Shown here in pieces: positions 15,842 through 25,015 of a DNA stretch of 32,000 nucleotides. The translations under genes and the position numbers were made by a program. This DNA is from Desulfitobacterium hafniense DCB-2. GTDB taxonomy: Bacteria; Bacillota; Desulfitobacteriia; Desulfitobacteriales; Desulfitobacteriaceae. Where the stretch lies: NCBI RefSeq assembly GCF_000021925.1, contig NC_011830.1:5176723-5208722 (forward strand), read 5' to 3'. The notes beneath the pieces are model-generated. The model did not search any database and was not told the DNA's origin. It worked only from the letters and a program-made list of their open reading frames with translations. Position 1 is the first letter of the stretch. Each line of letters opens with the position of its first letter.

Positions 15842-17257
15842 TTAACGTCTAACTTTTTGAATATAGGACTTAAGCATTTTATCCGTTTCCGGATCGAGGA
15901 ACGTCTCAGGAGCATTCCGCAAAATTTCTTTAAATTTGCGGTTAGCTCTCATGCCAATATCCTCCGACCCGGCATTTTCCCAATCCGCGTAGGATTCCCA
16001 GTCTGCCAAAGCCGGGGTCCAAAGGGAGCGGAAATGTTCAAATGTACTCATTTCAACCAAATAATTTCCCGAATGTCCGACACTTTGAATAATATCCACT
16101 GCCAAAGCAGCATCCGACGTATCGATTCCAGCTTTGACCCGCCTGACCCGGCTGATCATCTCTTCATCAATGACAAATTTTTCATAAGATGTGGCCATGA
16201 TGGCATCCAAGACGCCCAGGCTTTGCACTGTCATATGGGCCCCGCTGAGCATCCCCAGCATCAAGCTTTGCATGGTCTCATAACCGGCCTGGCAATCCAA
16301 TACCTTGGCATGGGTAATGCCCGCCATCGTTCTGGTCGGCAAATGGTAATAGTCCAGCCCCATCTGCAAACTGGCCGTATTGATCAGCATGGCTTCAGGT
16401 GCCCCGGCAGCATAGGTTGCCGCCTTCATATAGCCTGTGGTGGAGGCCACGGAATAAACGACAGGCACTCCGGGGTTGATCAACTGGGCCAATACCAAAC
16501 CGGCGAGAATCTCGACATTTTGCAGAACAGCCGTGCCCAGCAGGGTTATGGGGCCGCTCACCCCCGCGATAATACAGGGTGCTAAGAGCAAAACCTGATT
16601 CCGCTTCACATACTCGATCATCGTTTCCAGGGTCTCCGTCCCATACCCCAAAGGACTGAGGGGATTGACCAGCACAGAGGTATAGTGCTTATCAGCAAGA
16701 TTACCGCCTACTGCTATTTCGATCAGATCCAATTGCTCACGAACCTCTTGAGCATTCGCACAAAACCCGATATTCGGTTTATCCGTGTTTTTCAAAATTT
16801 CATACATCATGGCATGATACTTGTCTTTGGGCGCCACATCGCTGGGATCAACCGGAATTGAGCCGACAAGATCAACCACAGGGCTGGCCTGGCAGAGTTT
16901 TTGAATATTAGCGTAATCCTCCAAAGTTGCCTTACGCCGTCCCTGATCCAAATCCTGAATATAAACCGGCCCGACATTAGGCTGCACCAGCATCCCTTCG
17001 CCCACTGTAACTGAATGGCGATCATTTCTGGCCTGCATTCTAAAGCTTTTTGGTGCGGTTTCCAGGGCCTTATCCACCATTGCTTCGGTAATGAATACTG
17101 TTTTGTTTTCTATTTTGGCACCGTGGGTTCGGAAAATATCTAAGGCTTCCTCATTAAGCAAAACCACCCCTGTCTCTCTGAGGATCTTTAATGAGGCCTC
17201 ATGGACCCGCACCAGATCTTCCTGAGACAGTACTTCCAATTTTGATTTAAGTGCCAT
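15842..17257 (-). CDS. MttB-superfamily methyltransferase without pyrrolysine (substrate unknown; quaternary-amine type such as the MtgB class is plausible)
   Basis: 471 aa, colinear with mttB. It has Ile where mttB has UAG (LPTRTMAG-I-THAKVLDCQ versus [20 protein letters not shown]). Confidence 0.8.
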   Translation of the reverse strand: MALKSKLEVLSQEDLVRVHEASLKILRETGVVLLNEEALDIFRTHGAKIENKTVFITEAMVDKALETAPKSFRMQARNDRHSVTVGEGMLVQPNVGPVYIQDLDQGRRKATLEDYANIQKLCQASPVVDLVGSIPVDPSDVAPKDKYHAMMYEILKNTDKPNIGFCANAQEVREQLDLIEIAVGGNLADKHYTSVLVNPLSPLGYGTETLETMIEYVKRNQVLLLAPCIIAGVSGPITLLGTAVLQNVEILAGLVLAQLINPGVPVVYSVASTTGYMKAATYAAGAPEAMLINTASLQMGLDYYHLPTRTMAGITHAKVLDCQAGYETMQSLMLGMLSGAHMTVQSLGVLDAIMATSYEKFVIDEEMISRVRRVKAGIDTSDAALAVDIIQSVGHSGNYLVEMSTFEHFRSLWTPALADWESYADWENAGSEDIGMRANRKFKEILRNAPETFLDPETDKMLKSYIQKVRR

Positions 17258-17283
17258 TCCTTCCCTCCATTCGATGCTATAGC

Positions 17284-18087
17284 TTAACTGCCTTCATACA
17301 GCCCATTGCGATGGGCCGTCAGGTAGTTCATGCAATAATCATCCTGTCCCAATAAAGCCTGAGCTGCTGCAATCGTCCCCATCATTCCCTTGTCCGTTGG
17401 ATTCAGGATGTAGCCATCCATACCTAAGGTCATGGTTTGCACGACAAACAGGCGATTAAGCACTTTGCGGTTAGGAAGACCAAAAGAAACATTGCTCAAG
17501 CCGCACATAAAGTGAACATCAGGATAGTGGGCTTTTATGGCTTTAATCGTTCCCAGAACTTCCTCTCCGGCGGTATTTACCGTACTGATGGGTTTTACCA
17601 AAGGATCGAAATAGATATCCTGATCCGGTATCCCACTTTCTTTCAACTTCCCATACAGGCTTTCCACCACCCGCATCCGATCCTCGGTTGTTTCCGGCAT
17701 GCCTGTATCATCCATACACAAAGCGACTAATTTGGCTTTGTATTTCTGGGCAAGAGGGAGAACCGCTGCAACCCGCTCCTTCTCATCTGTAATCGAGTTA
17801 ATCATCGGCTGTCCGAACTTGCAAAGGGATAAGCCCGCCTCCAGAGCTTTCGGGTCAGGACTGTCAATACAAAGGGGCGCTTCCACAACCTCCTGGATTG
17901 CATTGACAAGCCACTCCATTATTTCAACTTCGTTATAGACCATCGTGCCGCAGTTCACATCAATGTAATTGGCACCGGATTCTGCCTGTTCCTTAGCAAT
18001 TTTTTGGATATAGGCCTTATCTCTTTTTTCTACTGCTTCGTTAATGGCCTTGCGGCTGGTATTGATCAATTCACCAACAATTAACAC
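17284..18087 (-). CDS. Pterin-binding methylcorrinoid:tetrahydrofolate methyltransferase (MtgA/MtrH-like)
   Basis: 267 aa with a pterin-binding TIM-barrel pattern (GANYIDVN, PLCIDS, MINSI, DPL, GLSNVSFG). GTG start with RBS gaggagg. Confidence 0.8.
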   Translation of the reverse strand: MLIVGELINTSRKAINEAVEKRDKAYIQKIAKEQAESGANYIDVNCGTMVYNEVEIMEWLVNAIQEVVEAPLCIDSPDPKALEAGLSLCKFGQPMINSITDEKERVAAVLPLAQKYKAKLVALCMDDTGMPETTEDRMRVVESLYGKLKESGIPDQDIYFDPLVKPISTVNTAGEEVLGTIKAIKAHYPDVHFMCGLSNVSFGLPNRKVLNRLFVVQTMTLGMDGYILNPTDKGMMGTIAAAQALLGQDDYCMNYLTAHRNGLYEGS

Positions 18088-18106
18088 ACCATACCTCCTC
18101 TCTCTA

Positions 18107-18739
18107 TTAATTCAAAAATCCTTTGGCCATATCTTTGGCGGCCATAGCATCTGCACAGTACCCATCCGCTCCGATTTCATCCGCGAAATTTTGTGAAACA
18201 GGTGCGCCGCCGATCATCACCTTAACCCGATCACGAAGTCCCGCTTCAGCAATCAGATCGATAGTCCCTTTCATGTTCAACATAGTCGTTGTCAGCAGGG
18301 CGGATAAACCGACTACTTGAGCGTTGTGCTCTTGAATGGCTTCAACAAATTTAGCAGGTGATACATCGACACCCAGATCGACCACATTAAAGCCGCCGCT
18401 TTCTAAAATCATGACAACCAAATTTTTGCCAATATCATGCAAGTCTCCTGCTACTGTTCCGATAACGATGGTTTTAGATACCGCCGTTTCTTTCCCCGCG
18501 ATCAAGGGTTTTACTAACTTCATCCCTTCACCCAGAGCGCGGGCACACATCATAACTTCAGGTACATACATCTCTCCCGCCTTGAATTTAGGAGACACAA
18601 TATCCATACCCGCTAAAAGGCCATCCGATATGATCGCAAAAGGATCGGCACCATGATCGAGCATGCTCTGAGTCTTCTCCTTCACCGAAGCGGCATTTCC
18701 CTGGAAAACAAGTTGGGCCAATTGGGCAAAATCACTCAT
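18107..18739 (-). CDS. Corrinoid (B12-binding) protein, MttC/MtgC-like
   Basis: DxHxxG motif (GDLHDIGKNLV), SALLTT and GGAP motifs, and an N-terminal helical cap. The start is set at ATG 18739 (RBS aaagggag 8 nt upstream) rather than the track's TTG at 18745. Confidence 0.88.
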   Translation of the reverse strand: MSDFAQLAQLVFQGNAASVKEKTQSMLDHGADPFAIISDGLLAGMDIVSPKFKAGEMYVPEVMMCARALGEGMKLVKPLIAGKETAVSKTIVIGTVAGDLHDIGKNLVVMILESGGFNVVDLGVDVSPAKFVEAIQEHNAQVVGLSALLTTTMLNMKGTIDLIAEAGLRDRVKVMIGGAPVSQNFADEIGADGYCADAMAAKDMAKGFLN

Positions 18740-18800
18740 TTTCAAAACTCCCTTTCAAAATATTCCCGGAATTCAATATGTTCCGCTATCGATTATATAT

Positions 18801-18816
18801 AGCAAAAATCATGCCA
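18801..18816 (-). promoter_or_regulatory. Sigma-54 (-24/-12) promoter of the methyltransferase operon
   Basis: The minus strand reads TGGCATGATTTTTGCT, which is GG-N10-GC with correct spacing and a near-consensus match to TGGCAC-N5-TTGCW. It lies ~60 nt upstream of the corrinoid-protein ATG. A sigma-54 activator gene is divergent from it. Confidence 0.75.
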
Positions 18817-18997
18817 ACTTGCCAAATCGGGGATATTCGCCACTCCCTGTCCGGATTGCTCCGGCCACTGTACCCATTTCCATTTCTCGCCATAACTTTT
18901 GTGTATACTGGCCAGTAATAATAACTTCTTGACTTATTTTAACAATTCATTCAAACTCAAATTAAGTCAAGAGAACTTAATCACAAAGGAAAGGAGG

Positions 18998-20449
18998 ATG
19001 AGCCTTATCATCGAACATAGAGTACATAGCGATTTTGATTTAGACAAAAGCAAACTGATAAAAATTCTTGAAAATTCTTTTGATGAAATCTTTGTCGTCA
19101 ATAAACACGGTATTGTGATCTATGTTAACGAAGCCTGTCAGAAAAATTATGACTTAAAGCCATCGGACGTCATTGGCAAAACGGTACATTATTTAGTCAG
19201 TGAAGGGTATTATACCCCGGCCATTGCCCCGCTGGTCTTTAAAACCAGAAAAGCCGTCACCCTTGAGCAGGAAACCAAATCCGGCAGGAAACTGCTCGTG
19301 ACCGCTATCCCGGTATTTGATGAAAAAAATGAACTGGATTTTATCGTCATGAATAGTCGCAATATTACGGAAATAGAGCAATTGCGGCAGGATTTAGAAA
19401 AAACAAAGGAGTATTACAAAACTCAAATTCAACAATTACGTCAAAAAGAGCTTTCGAACCAGGATGGATTAGTCTTCCAAAGTGAAAAAATGAGAGAATT
19501 TATGCACACTGCCCAAAGAATAGCTCCCTTTGACACCACTATTTTAATCTTAGGGGAATCAGGAACAGGAAAGAATCTGCTCGCCAAACAAATTCACACC
19601 ATGAGCAACCGCAGGCACGAACCCTATATCTGCATAAATTGCGCAGCTATTCCGGAACAACTGCTGGAGTCTGAACTATTCGGCTATACAAAAGGGGCTT
19701 TTACAGGAGCTGAACGTTCAGGAAAGCCAGGACTGATCGAGCTCGCCCATAAAGGAACTCTCTTTTTGGATGAAATCGGGGAAATTCCTCTATCCCTTCA
19801 AGCAAAGCTTTTACAACTTGTCCAGGACCATACCTTTATACCCATAGGAGGAACGGAATCCAGGCAAGTCGATATTCGCATTATCAGCGCGACGAACTGT
19901 AATTTACCGAAGTTGATTGAACAGGGCCGATTCAGATTAGACCTCTACTATCGGCTAAATGTTATTGAAATTGAGATTCCTCCTGTGCGCGAGCGAAGTG
20001 ACGATATTGTTCTTTTATTGCACTATTTTCTAAATAAATTTGACATCAAATATTCTACATCCCATTATTTCAGCGAGGAATGCCTGGCTGTTTTACAAAA
20101 TTACCAATGGCCTGGAAATGTTCGGGAAATTGAACATTTGGTTGAACGCTTGGTGATTACCGTTTCAGAAAATTGCATTCTCCCTAAGCATTTACCGCTA
20201 CCCAAACATGCTGCTATGCCTGAAGATACTGAAAAAAGTCCTTCCGCTCTAATGAAGACGGCACTTAACAAAGAATTAAGGGATGAATTCACTGAGTATT
20301 CCTTCAAGATTAAAGAAAGAGAAACCATTCTGGAGTTATATGAAGAATTAAGGAGCTCCTATAAAGTTGCCAGCATTTTAAAAATCAGCCAAAGCAAGGT
20401 ATCGCGGATTGTGCGGACTTATTCAGAAAAGAACATGTCAAATTCTTAA
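18998..20449 (+). CDS. Sigma-54-dependent transcriptional activator (PAS sensor - AAA+ - HTH)
   Basis: Walker A GESGTGKN, the GAFTGA motif (KGAFTGAE), ESELFG, Walker B LFLDEIG, and a C-terminal HTH (VASILKISQSKVSRIV). N-terminal PAS-like domain. ATG 18998 is preferred over the track's TTG at 18899. Confidence 0.9.
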   Translation: MSLIIEHRVHSDFDLDKSKLIKILENSFDEIFVVNKHGIVIYVNEACQKNYDLKPSDVIGKTVHYLVSEGYYTPAIAPLVFKTRKAVTLEQETKSGRKLLVTAIPVFDEKNELDFIVMNSRNITEIEQLRQDLEKTKEYYKTQIQQLRQKELSNQDGLVFQSEKMREFMHTAQRIAPFDTTILILGESGTGKNLLAKQIHTMSNRRHEPYICINCAAIPEQLLESELFGYTKGAFTGAERSGKPGLIELAHKGTLFLDEIGEIPLSLQAKLLQLVQDHTFIPIGGTESRQVDIRIISATNCNLPKLIEQGRFRLDLYYRLNVIEIEIPPVRERSDDIVLLLHYFLNKFDIKYSTSHYFSEECLAVLQNYQWPGNVREIEHLVERLVITVSENCILPKHLPLPKHAAMPEDTEKSPSALMKTALNKELRDEFTEYSFKIKERETILELYEELRSSYKVASILKISQSKVSRIVRTYSEKNMSNS

Positions 20450-20704
20450 CTGAGACCGGGCGAAAAAAACCTTAAAACCTGTAATGACCGTCATCTTATC
20501 TGATAGGTGGCGATTTTTCCCTTGCATCCGGCAGGTAAGAGCCGCCACAGCCTCTGAGCCCGCGATACTGCCGGAACAGGCACGCCTTTTCAAAAATAAC
20601 TGCCGAAAAAGCCTGGATAAAATTAAAGTTTTTAGGTAATTAAAATAAAAACTATCGATTACTCCAGAGTTTTTGGCTATACTATTCATAGAGGAGGCGA
20701 TGTT

Positions 20705-21904
20705 ATGATCCTTAGACCGCTCTATATGAACACGCTGAAAGAATACCGAGACGTTCCGCTTGTCAAGATACTTGCGGGAATTCGCCGTTGCGGCAAATCC
20801 ACCATCCTGGCCATGTTGCGGGACGACCTTTTGAAAAACGGCGTCCCTGCAGATCATATCATCAGCATGCGCTATACATCGGAGGATTTTGATGACGGCC
20901 TGACCGATAAGCAGATGTATAACGATATAAAAGAACAAATGAATGACAAAGAGCGCTATTATCTTTTGCTTGATGAGGTGCAGGAGATAGCAGGGTGGGA
21001 AAAAGCCATCAACAGCCTGCTTGAAGATTTCCAGACGGACATCTATGTTACCGGCTCAAATTCAAAACTGATGTCAAGCGAAATATCCACCTATTTGACA
21101 GGCAGATATATCTCTATCCCGGTGTTTACCCTTTCCTTCGCCGAATATCTGGAATTCAAGAAAGAAAGCATGTTAGCGAAAAAAGAGCTTTTGAACGAGT
21201 ACTTGCGCCTGGGGGGCTTTCCGATTGTGGCTGCCGGCAGCTTTGATGAGTCCTCCGCCTATCAGATCGTGGAAGGCATCTACCATTCCGTGATCACAAA
21301 CGACATCACCAAACGGCACAACATCACGAACTTCGATTTGTTCAGCCGTGTTGTAAACTATATCCTTGAGAATGTCGGCAAAACCTTTTCCGCAAATGCC
21401 ATCGTCAAGTTCCTGAAAAGCGAGGGGCGTGCTCTATCCGTTGAAACCGTATATAACTATCTGCAGTGGCTGGAAAAGGCTTTTGTCATCTATCGCTGCC
21501 AGCGCTATGATTTGCAGGGCAAGTCTGTATTAAAAACCCAGGAAAAATTCTATCTTGCGGATACCTCCCTCAAATACTGCATCATGGGATTCAACCCGAA
21601 ATCCATAGCCGCAATGCTGGAAAACATGGTTTACTTTGAACTGCAAAGAAGAGGCTACAAGGTCTATATCGGTAAAAACGCAACAAAAGAAGTGGATTTC
21701 GTTGCGGTGCGGCGGGATGAGCGCATTTATATCCAGGTGTGCCGCCGGCTGCCGGAGGAGTCGGACAGAGAGTTGGCAAATCTTCTCGAAATAAAGGATC
21801 ATTATCCCAAGTATGTTGTCACACTGGACGAATTCGCCGCAGGCAATATCAATGGCGTAAAATTTGTTCACCTGGCGGATTTCCTGTTAAGTAACGAGTA
21901 TTAA
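20705..21904 (+). CDS. AAA-family ATPase with a DUF4143-type C-terminal domain
   Basis: Walker A GIRRCGKST and Walker B LLLDEVQ, in the typical ~400-aa architecture of the PF13173+DUF4143 family. RBS gaggagg. Confidence 0.75.
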   Translation: MILRPLYMNTLKEYRDVPLVKILAGIRRCGKSTILAMLRDDLLKNGVPADHIISMRYTSEDFDDGLTDKQMYNDIKEQMNDKERYYLLLDEVQEIAGWEKAINSLLEDFQTDIYVTGSNSKLMSSEISTYLTGRYISIPVFTLSFAEYLEFKKESMLAKKELLNEYLRLGGFPIVAAGSFDESSAYQIVEGIYHSVITNDITKRHNITNFDLFSRVVNYILENVGKTFSANAIVKFLKSEGRALSVETVYNYLQWLEKAFVIYRCQRYDLQGKSVLKTQEKFYLADTSLKYCIMGFNPKSIAAMLENMVYFELQRRGYKVYIGKNATKEVDFVAVRRDERIYIQVCRRLPEESDRELANLLEIKDHYPKYVVTLDEFAAGNINGVKFVHLADFLLSNEY

Positions 21905-21920
21905 GCCCCCGCTAAAAAGG

Positions 21921-21956
21921 CCTGTGCTCTTGCGTTATAAACGCCTGGAGCACAGG
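21921..21956 (+). terminator. Terminator after the ATPase gene
   Basis: 9-bp stem cctgtgctc / gagcacagg followed by tctttt. The loop is long (18 nt). Confidence 0.5.
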
Positions 21957-22171
21957 TCTTTTAAATTACCTTTTGGGTCAACTTAGGTTGAAATATTCAG
22001 CTAAAAGGGCTTAATCTTTAAATGTGGTAAAATATAGCTTAATGCTTTTTATATTTGTTAATGCGTTAGAGTATAATGGATATAAGTGGCATTGTCTCAA
22101 CTTCATCTACTGAGTGAATAAGCATAATTATAACCTCAACCCATTAAAAATATTTTTGGAGGGATAAGAAA

Positions 22172-22840
22172 ATGAGAAAAATGAGCTATGTTTTCTTCAT
22201 CATGCTGGTTGCAGCCAGCCTCATGTCAGGGTGCGCCAAAGAGGCTCTACCCGAAGCCGAAGCTAATCTCCCCAGTGCTCCGTCCATGACCCAACCACTG
22301 GAACAGGCTTTAAAACTGTCTGATGAAGAACTGGTTGACAACTACTGCGCCGGCATCGACCTCGTGTTGGCCGATAATTTGCTGTTTGCCCAGGCCAAAG
22401 ATATTCCTTCAGAAACCTTATACAGTTTTTTTTGCTACATAACCAATTCGAGCGAAGAGAACATTCAGGAACAATGGTATAATAAAACCGATGATAAATA
22501 CCATGTGCCGATAGCCGACATCGAAGCTGTATTAGATCGCTATTTTGACGGCTACCATTTCGACCCCGCTCAATTAATCCCCTATTTTGCCGAAGCCTCC
22601 CCTCCTCAGCACGATGTCTACCAGCCGCAGACCAAGGAGATTGTCATCGGTGGACTGGGAGGATTCGGCGGGGAACGTTTCCCGAAATTAGCTGCCAAAG
22701 AACAGCTCAGTGATGATACCCTGAAGCTGACCGTCGATTATTATGATGATCAATATACAGAGGTTTTCTATACTAAAGCCTATACTATTCGATTTACTGA
22801 AGAAGGCTATCAATATCTATCCATTCAAAAAGTGGAGTAG
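22172..22840 (+). CDS. Lipoprotein of unknown function
   Basis: Signal peptide with lipobox (MLVAASLMSG-C). RBS ggaggg. The stop is TAG. Confidence 0.7.
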   Translation: MRKMSYVFFIMLVAASLMSGCAKEALPEAEANLPSAPSMTQPLEQALKLSDEELVDNYCAGIDLVLADNLLFAQAKDIPSETLYSFFCYITNSSEENIQEQWYNKTDDKYHVPIADIEAVLDRYFDGYHFDPAQLIPYFAEASPPQHDVYQPQTKEIVIGGLGGFGGERFPKLAAKEQLSDDTLKLTVDYYDDQYTEVFYTKAYTIRFTEEGYQYLSIQKVE

Positions 22841-22978
22841 GGTATCTTTACTCCGCACTCATACCTTCACACATGCTAAAAAAGACCGGAGCACCACCAG
22901 CCCCGGTCTTACTCTATTAATTCAATACAATAGACTTTTTGCTTTCAGCTGGAGCACTATTACCTTCCCACCTAAGAA

Positions 22979-24229
22979 CTATAGCTCACTGAAATCCAAG
23001 GTGGCAAAATAATCCTCCAGTGTTTCCGCCCGGCGGATCAGCTTCACACTGCCATCAGCCTGCAGCAATAACTCAGCATGACGCAGCTTGCCATTGTAGT
23101 TGAAGCCCATGGCATGCCCGTGAGCACCTGTATCATGAATCACCAGAGTATCCCCGATCTCGATTCTGGGCAGTTCCCGGTCCACGGCAAATTTATCGTT
23201 GTTCTCACATAAGCTTCCGGTCACATCATAGATGTGGTCCTCAGGCAGGTCTTCCTTACCCATGACGGTGATATGGTGATAGGCGCCGTAGATTCCCGGG
23301 CGCATCAGATCGGACATGCTGGCATCGACACCGATATAATTTTTATACGTATCCTTGCGATGAAGGACTTTGGTCACCAAATAGCCGTAAGGTCCCGTTA
23401 TCATGCGGCCGCATTCCAGGCAGATGCGCAGGGGATCTAAGCCTTTGGCGACGATCTTCTCTTCGTAAACTTTGCGGACACCTTCTCCGATAGTTTCCAG
23501 ATTGACCGGCTCTTGTTCCGGACGGTAGGGGATGCCGATTCCGCCGCCAAAATTCACAAATTCCAGGCGGATTCCCAGTTTTTCTTTCAGCTCTATGGCC
23601 AGATCAAACATCATCTCTGCTGTCTCGATGAAGAAATCCGGGTTCAGTTCATTGGAGATGATCATAGTATGGAGTCCGAAACGCTTCACCCCTTTGTCAC
23701 GAACGATCTCGTAAGCCTGGAATAACTGTTCCTTGGTCAAACCATATTTGGATTCTTCGGGGTTGCCGATAATGGCATTCCCCGCCCGCAGCGAACCGGG
23801 ATTATAGCGGAAGGAGAGCACCTCCGGCAGGCCGGTATGCTTTTCCAGATAATCAATATGGGTAATATCATCTAAATTGATGATCGCCCATAAATCCTTT
23901 GCTTTTTGAAATTCCTCAGCAGGGGTATTGTTGGAGGTAAGCATAATGTTCTCCTCGGTGATCCCCGCTTTTTCCGCCAGGATCAGTTCCGCCAAAGAAC
24001 TGCAGTCGGCTCCGAAACCCTCTTCCCCCAGGATCTTCAGAATATAGGGATTAGGAAGAGCTTTGACGGCAAAATACTCCTTAAACCCCGGCGCCCAGGC
24101 AAATGCTGCCTGCAGTCTTTGGGCGTTTTTGCGAATGGCTTCCTCATCATAAATATGAAAAGGGGTACCATAGTCCTCCATGATCTTCTGCAACTGCTCT
24201 TGATTAAAAGGTAAGTTTTTTACTGCCAT
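22979..24229 (-). CDS. lysA: Diaminopimelate decarboxylase (PLP-dependent, Orn/DAP/Arg decarboxylase family 2)
   Basis: PLP-Lys context YFAVKALPNP, GGGIGIPY, and CENNDKF near the C-terminus. Preceded by a lysine riboswitch. The stop is TAG. Confidence 0.85.
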   Translation of the reverse strand: MAVKNLPFNQEQLQKIMEDYGTPFHIYDEEAIRKNAQRLQAAFAWAPGFKEYFAVKALPNPYILKILGEEGFGADCSSLAELILAEKAGITEENIMLTSNNTPAEEFQKAKDLWAIINLDDITHIDYLEKHTGLPEVLSFRYNPGSLRAGNAIIGNPEESKYGLTKEQLFQAYEIVRDKGVKRFGLHTMIISNELNPDFFIETAEMMFDLAIELKEKLGIRLEFVNFGGGIGIPYRPEQEPVNLETIGEGVRKVYEEKIVAKGLDPLRICLECGRMITGPYGYLVTKVLHRKDTYKNYIGVDASMSDLMRPGIYGAYHHITVMGKEDLPEDHIYDVTGSLCENNDKFAVDRELPRIEIGDTLVIHDTGAHGHAMGFNYNGKLRHAELLLQADGSVKLIRRAETLEDYFATLDFSEL

Positions 24230-24294
24230 ATTCTGATCCTCCCCTATATACTATAGACTACCCACCGCTAGAGATTTTAAAGTTTGGTTGCTAA

Positions 24295-24398
24295 AGAAAA
24301 CCCGGCTTCGCTGTGCCTTTTAATCACGCATCCAAAAAGGCGAAGTCGTTGGTTGCACTTATGCTGAAGGAAAGTATGCAGCAAAGGTATACTTTCTG
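24295..24398 (-). repeat. Copy B (104 nt) of the structured element seen at 2986..3114; here it lies inside the lysA 5' leader
   Basis: See copy A. It lies between the L-box terminator (24404-24441) and the lysA RBS. The hairpin is 24370-24377 paired with 24389-24396. Confidence 0.85.
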
Positions 24399-24403
24399 AC
24401 AGT

Positions 24404-24441
24404 GAAAAAAACGGCTGCGAGTACCCTCGCAACCGTTTTTT
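24404..24441 (-). terminator. Intrinsic terminator (expression platform) of the lysine riboswitch
   Basis: The minus strand reads aaaaaacggttgcgag-ggta-ctcgcagccg-ttttttt. The stem is complete on the minus strand (one G-U pair), whereas the plus strand would have a C-A mismatch. Confidence 0.8.
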
Positions 24442-24489
24442 AAGGCAAAATCAGCTTAAGCCTCAAACTTCACGAGATAGCACTCCACC

Positions 24490-24645
24490 GGAGTCCCGGT
24501 GACAGTCTTACATTTTTTCAATGGAAGACCAGCTAAGACCCTTTGTCCTGGGCCTTTGCTTCGGCAGCGATTCCTTTCCTTATCCGTCCTAGCCTGACCC
24601 GCTCGGGATAATTACTCTTAATACACTGCGCCTCTATCATTCACT
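24490..24645 (-). promoter_or_regulatory. Lysine riboswitch (L-box)
   Basis: The minus strand contains, in the canonical order, GATAGAGGCGC, AAGAGTA, GGAAAGG, CGCTGCCGAAG, AGCTGG and AGACTGTCAC. This closely parallels the remembered B. subtilis lysC leader (GTCGCCGAAGCAAA...GCTGG...AATGTAAGGCTGTCA). Confidence 0.85.
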
Positions 24646-24662
24646 CTATGAATTATCTATAC

Positions 24663-24691
24663 ATTATGGAACAAGATGTTACCCTTGTCAA
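24663..24691 (-). promoter_or_regulatory. SigA-type promoter for the L-box-lysA transcript
   Basis: TTGACA (24691..24686), a 17-nt spacer, then CATAAT (24668..24663), ~20 nt upstream of the riboswitch. Confidence 0.7.
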
Positions 24692-24721
24692 TACATTGCT
24701 TCTGTATACATTGCCCTGCCT

Positions 24722-24934
24722 TTATTTTTTCTCATTCTGCAGATTTTCCATAACCCCCCGATTATGAAAAACATCCTCCACCTCTAAAGTAATCTGACCG
24801 CCTTTGCTGCTGTCTTTGGGCTGCCCGCCATAATCCATGGCCTTTGAGCCGGACTCTTGGGTCTGGCTGATCACACCTGCCGGCTCCCATAATTGCCGTT
24901 TCAGCTCTTTGCCGGTATTCTTCTGGTCGTTCAT
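24722..24934 (-). CDS. Small hydrophilic protein of unknown function (70 aa)
   Basis: AAGGAGG lies 8 nt upstream of ATG 24934. No recognisable motifs, so coding status is uncertain. Confidence 0.4.
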   Translation of the reverse strand: MNDQKNTGKELKRQLWEPAGVISQTQESGSKAMDYGGQPKDSSKGGQITLEVEDVFHNRGVMENLQNEKK

Positions 24935-25015
24935 CCGGGATTCCTCCTTTTGTCCTGACCAAATCATGGTCCTGTTATTCTGTCTTTAGAGTACCCGGAA
25001 TCGACCAAAATCATG

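Noticed and set aside
20438-20938. 166-aa minus-strand ORF
   Set aside because: It overlaps the start of the well-supported ATPase gene on the opposite strand and extends over the non-coding spacer. It has no RBS or motifs.
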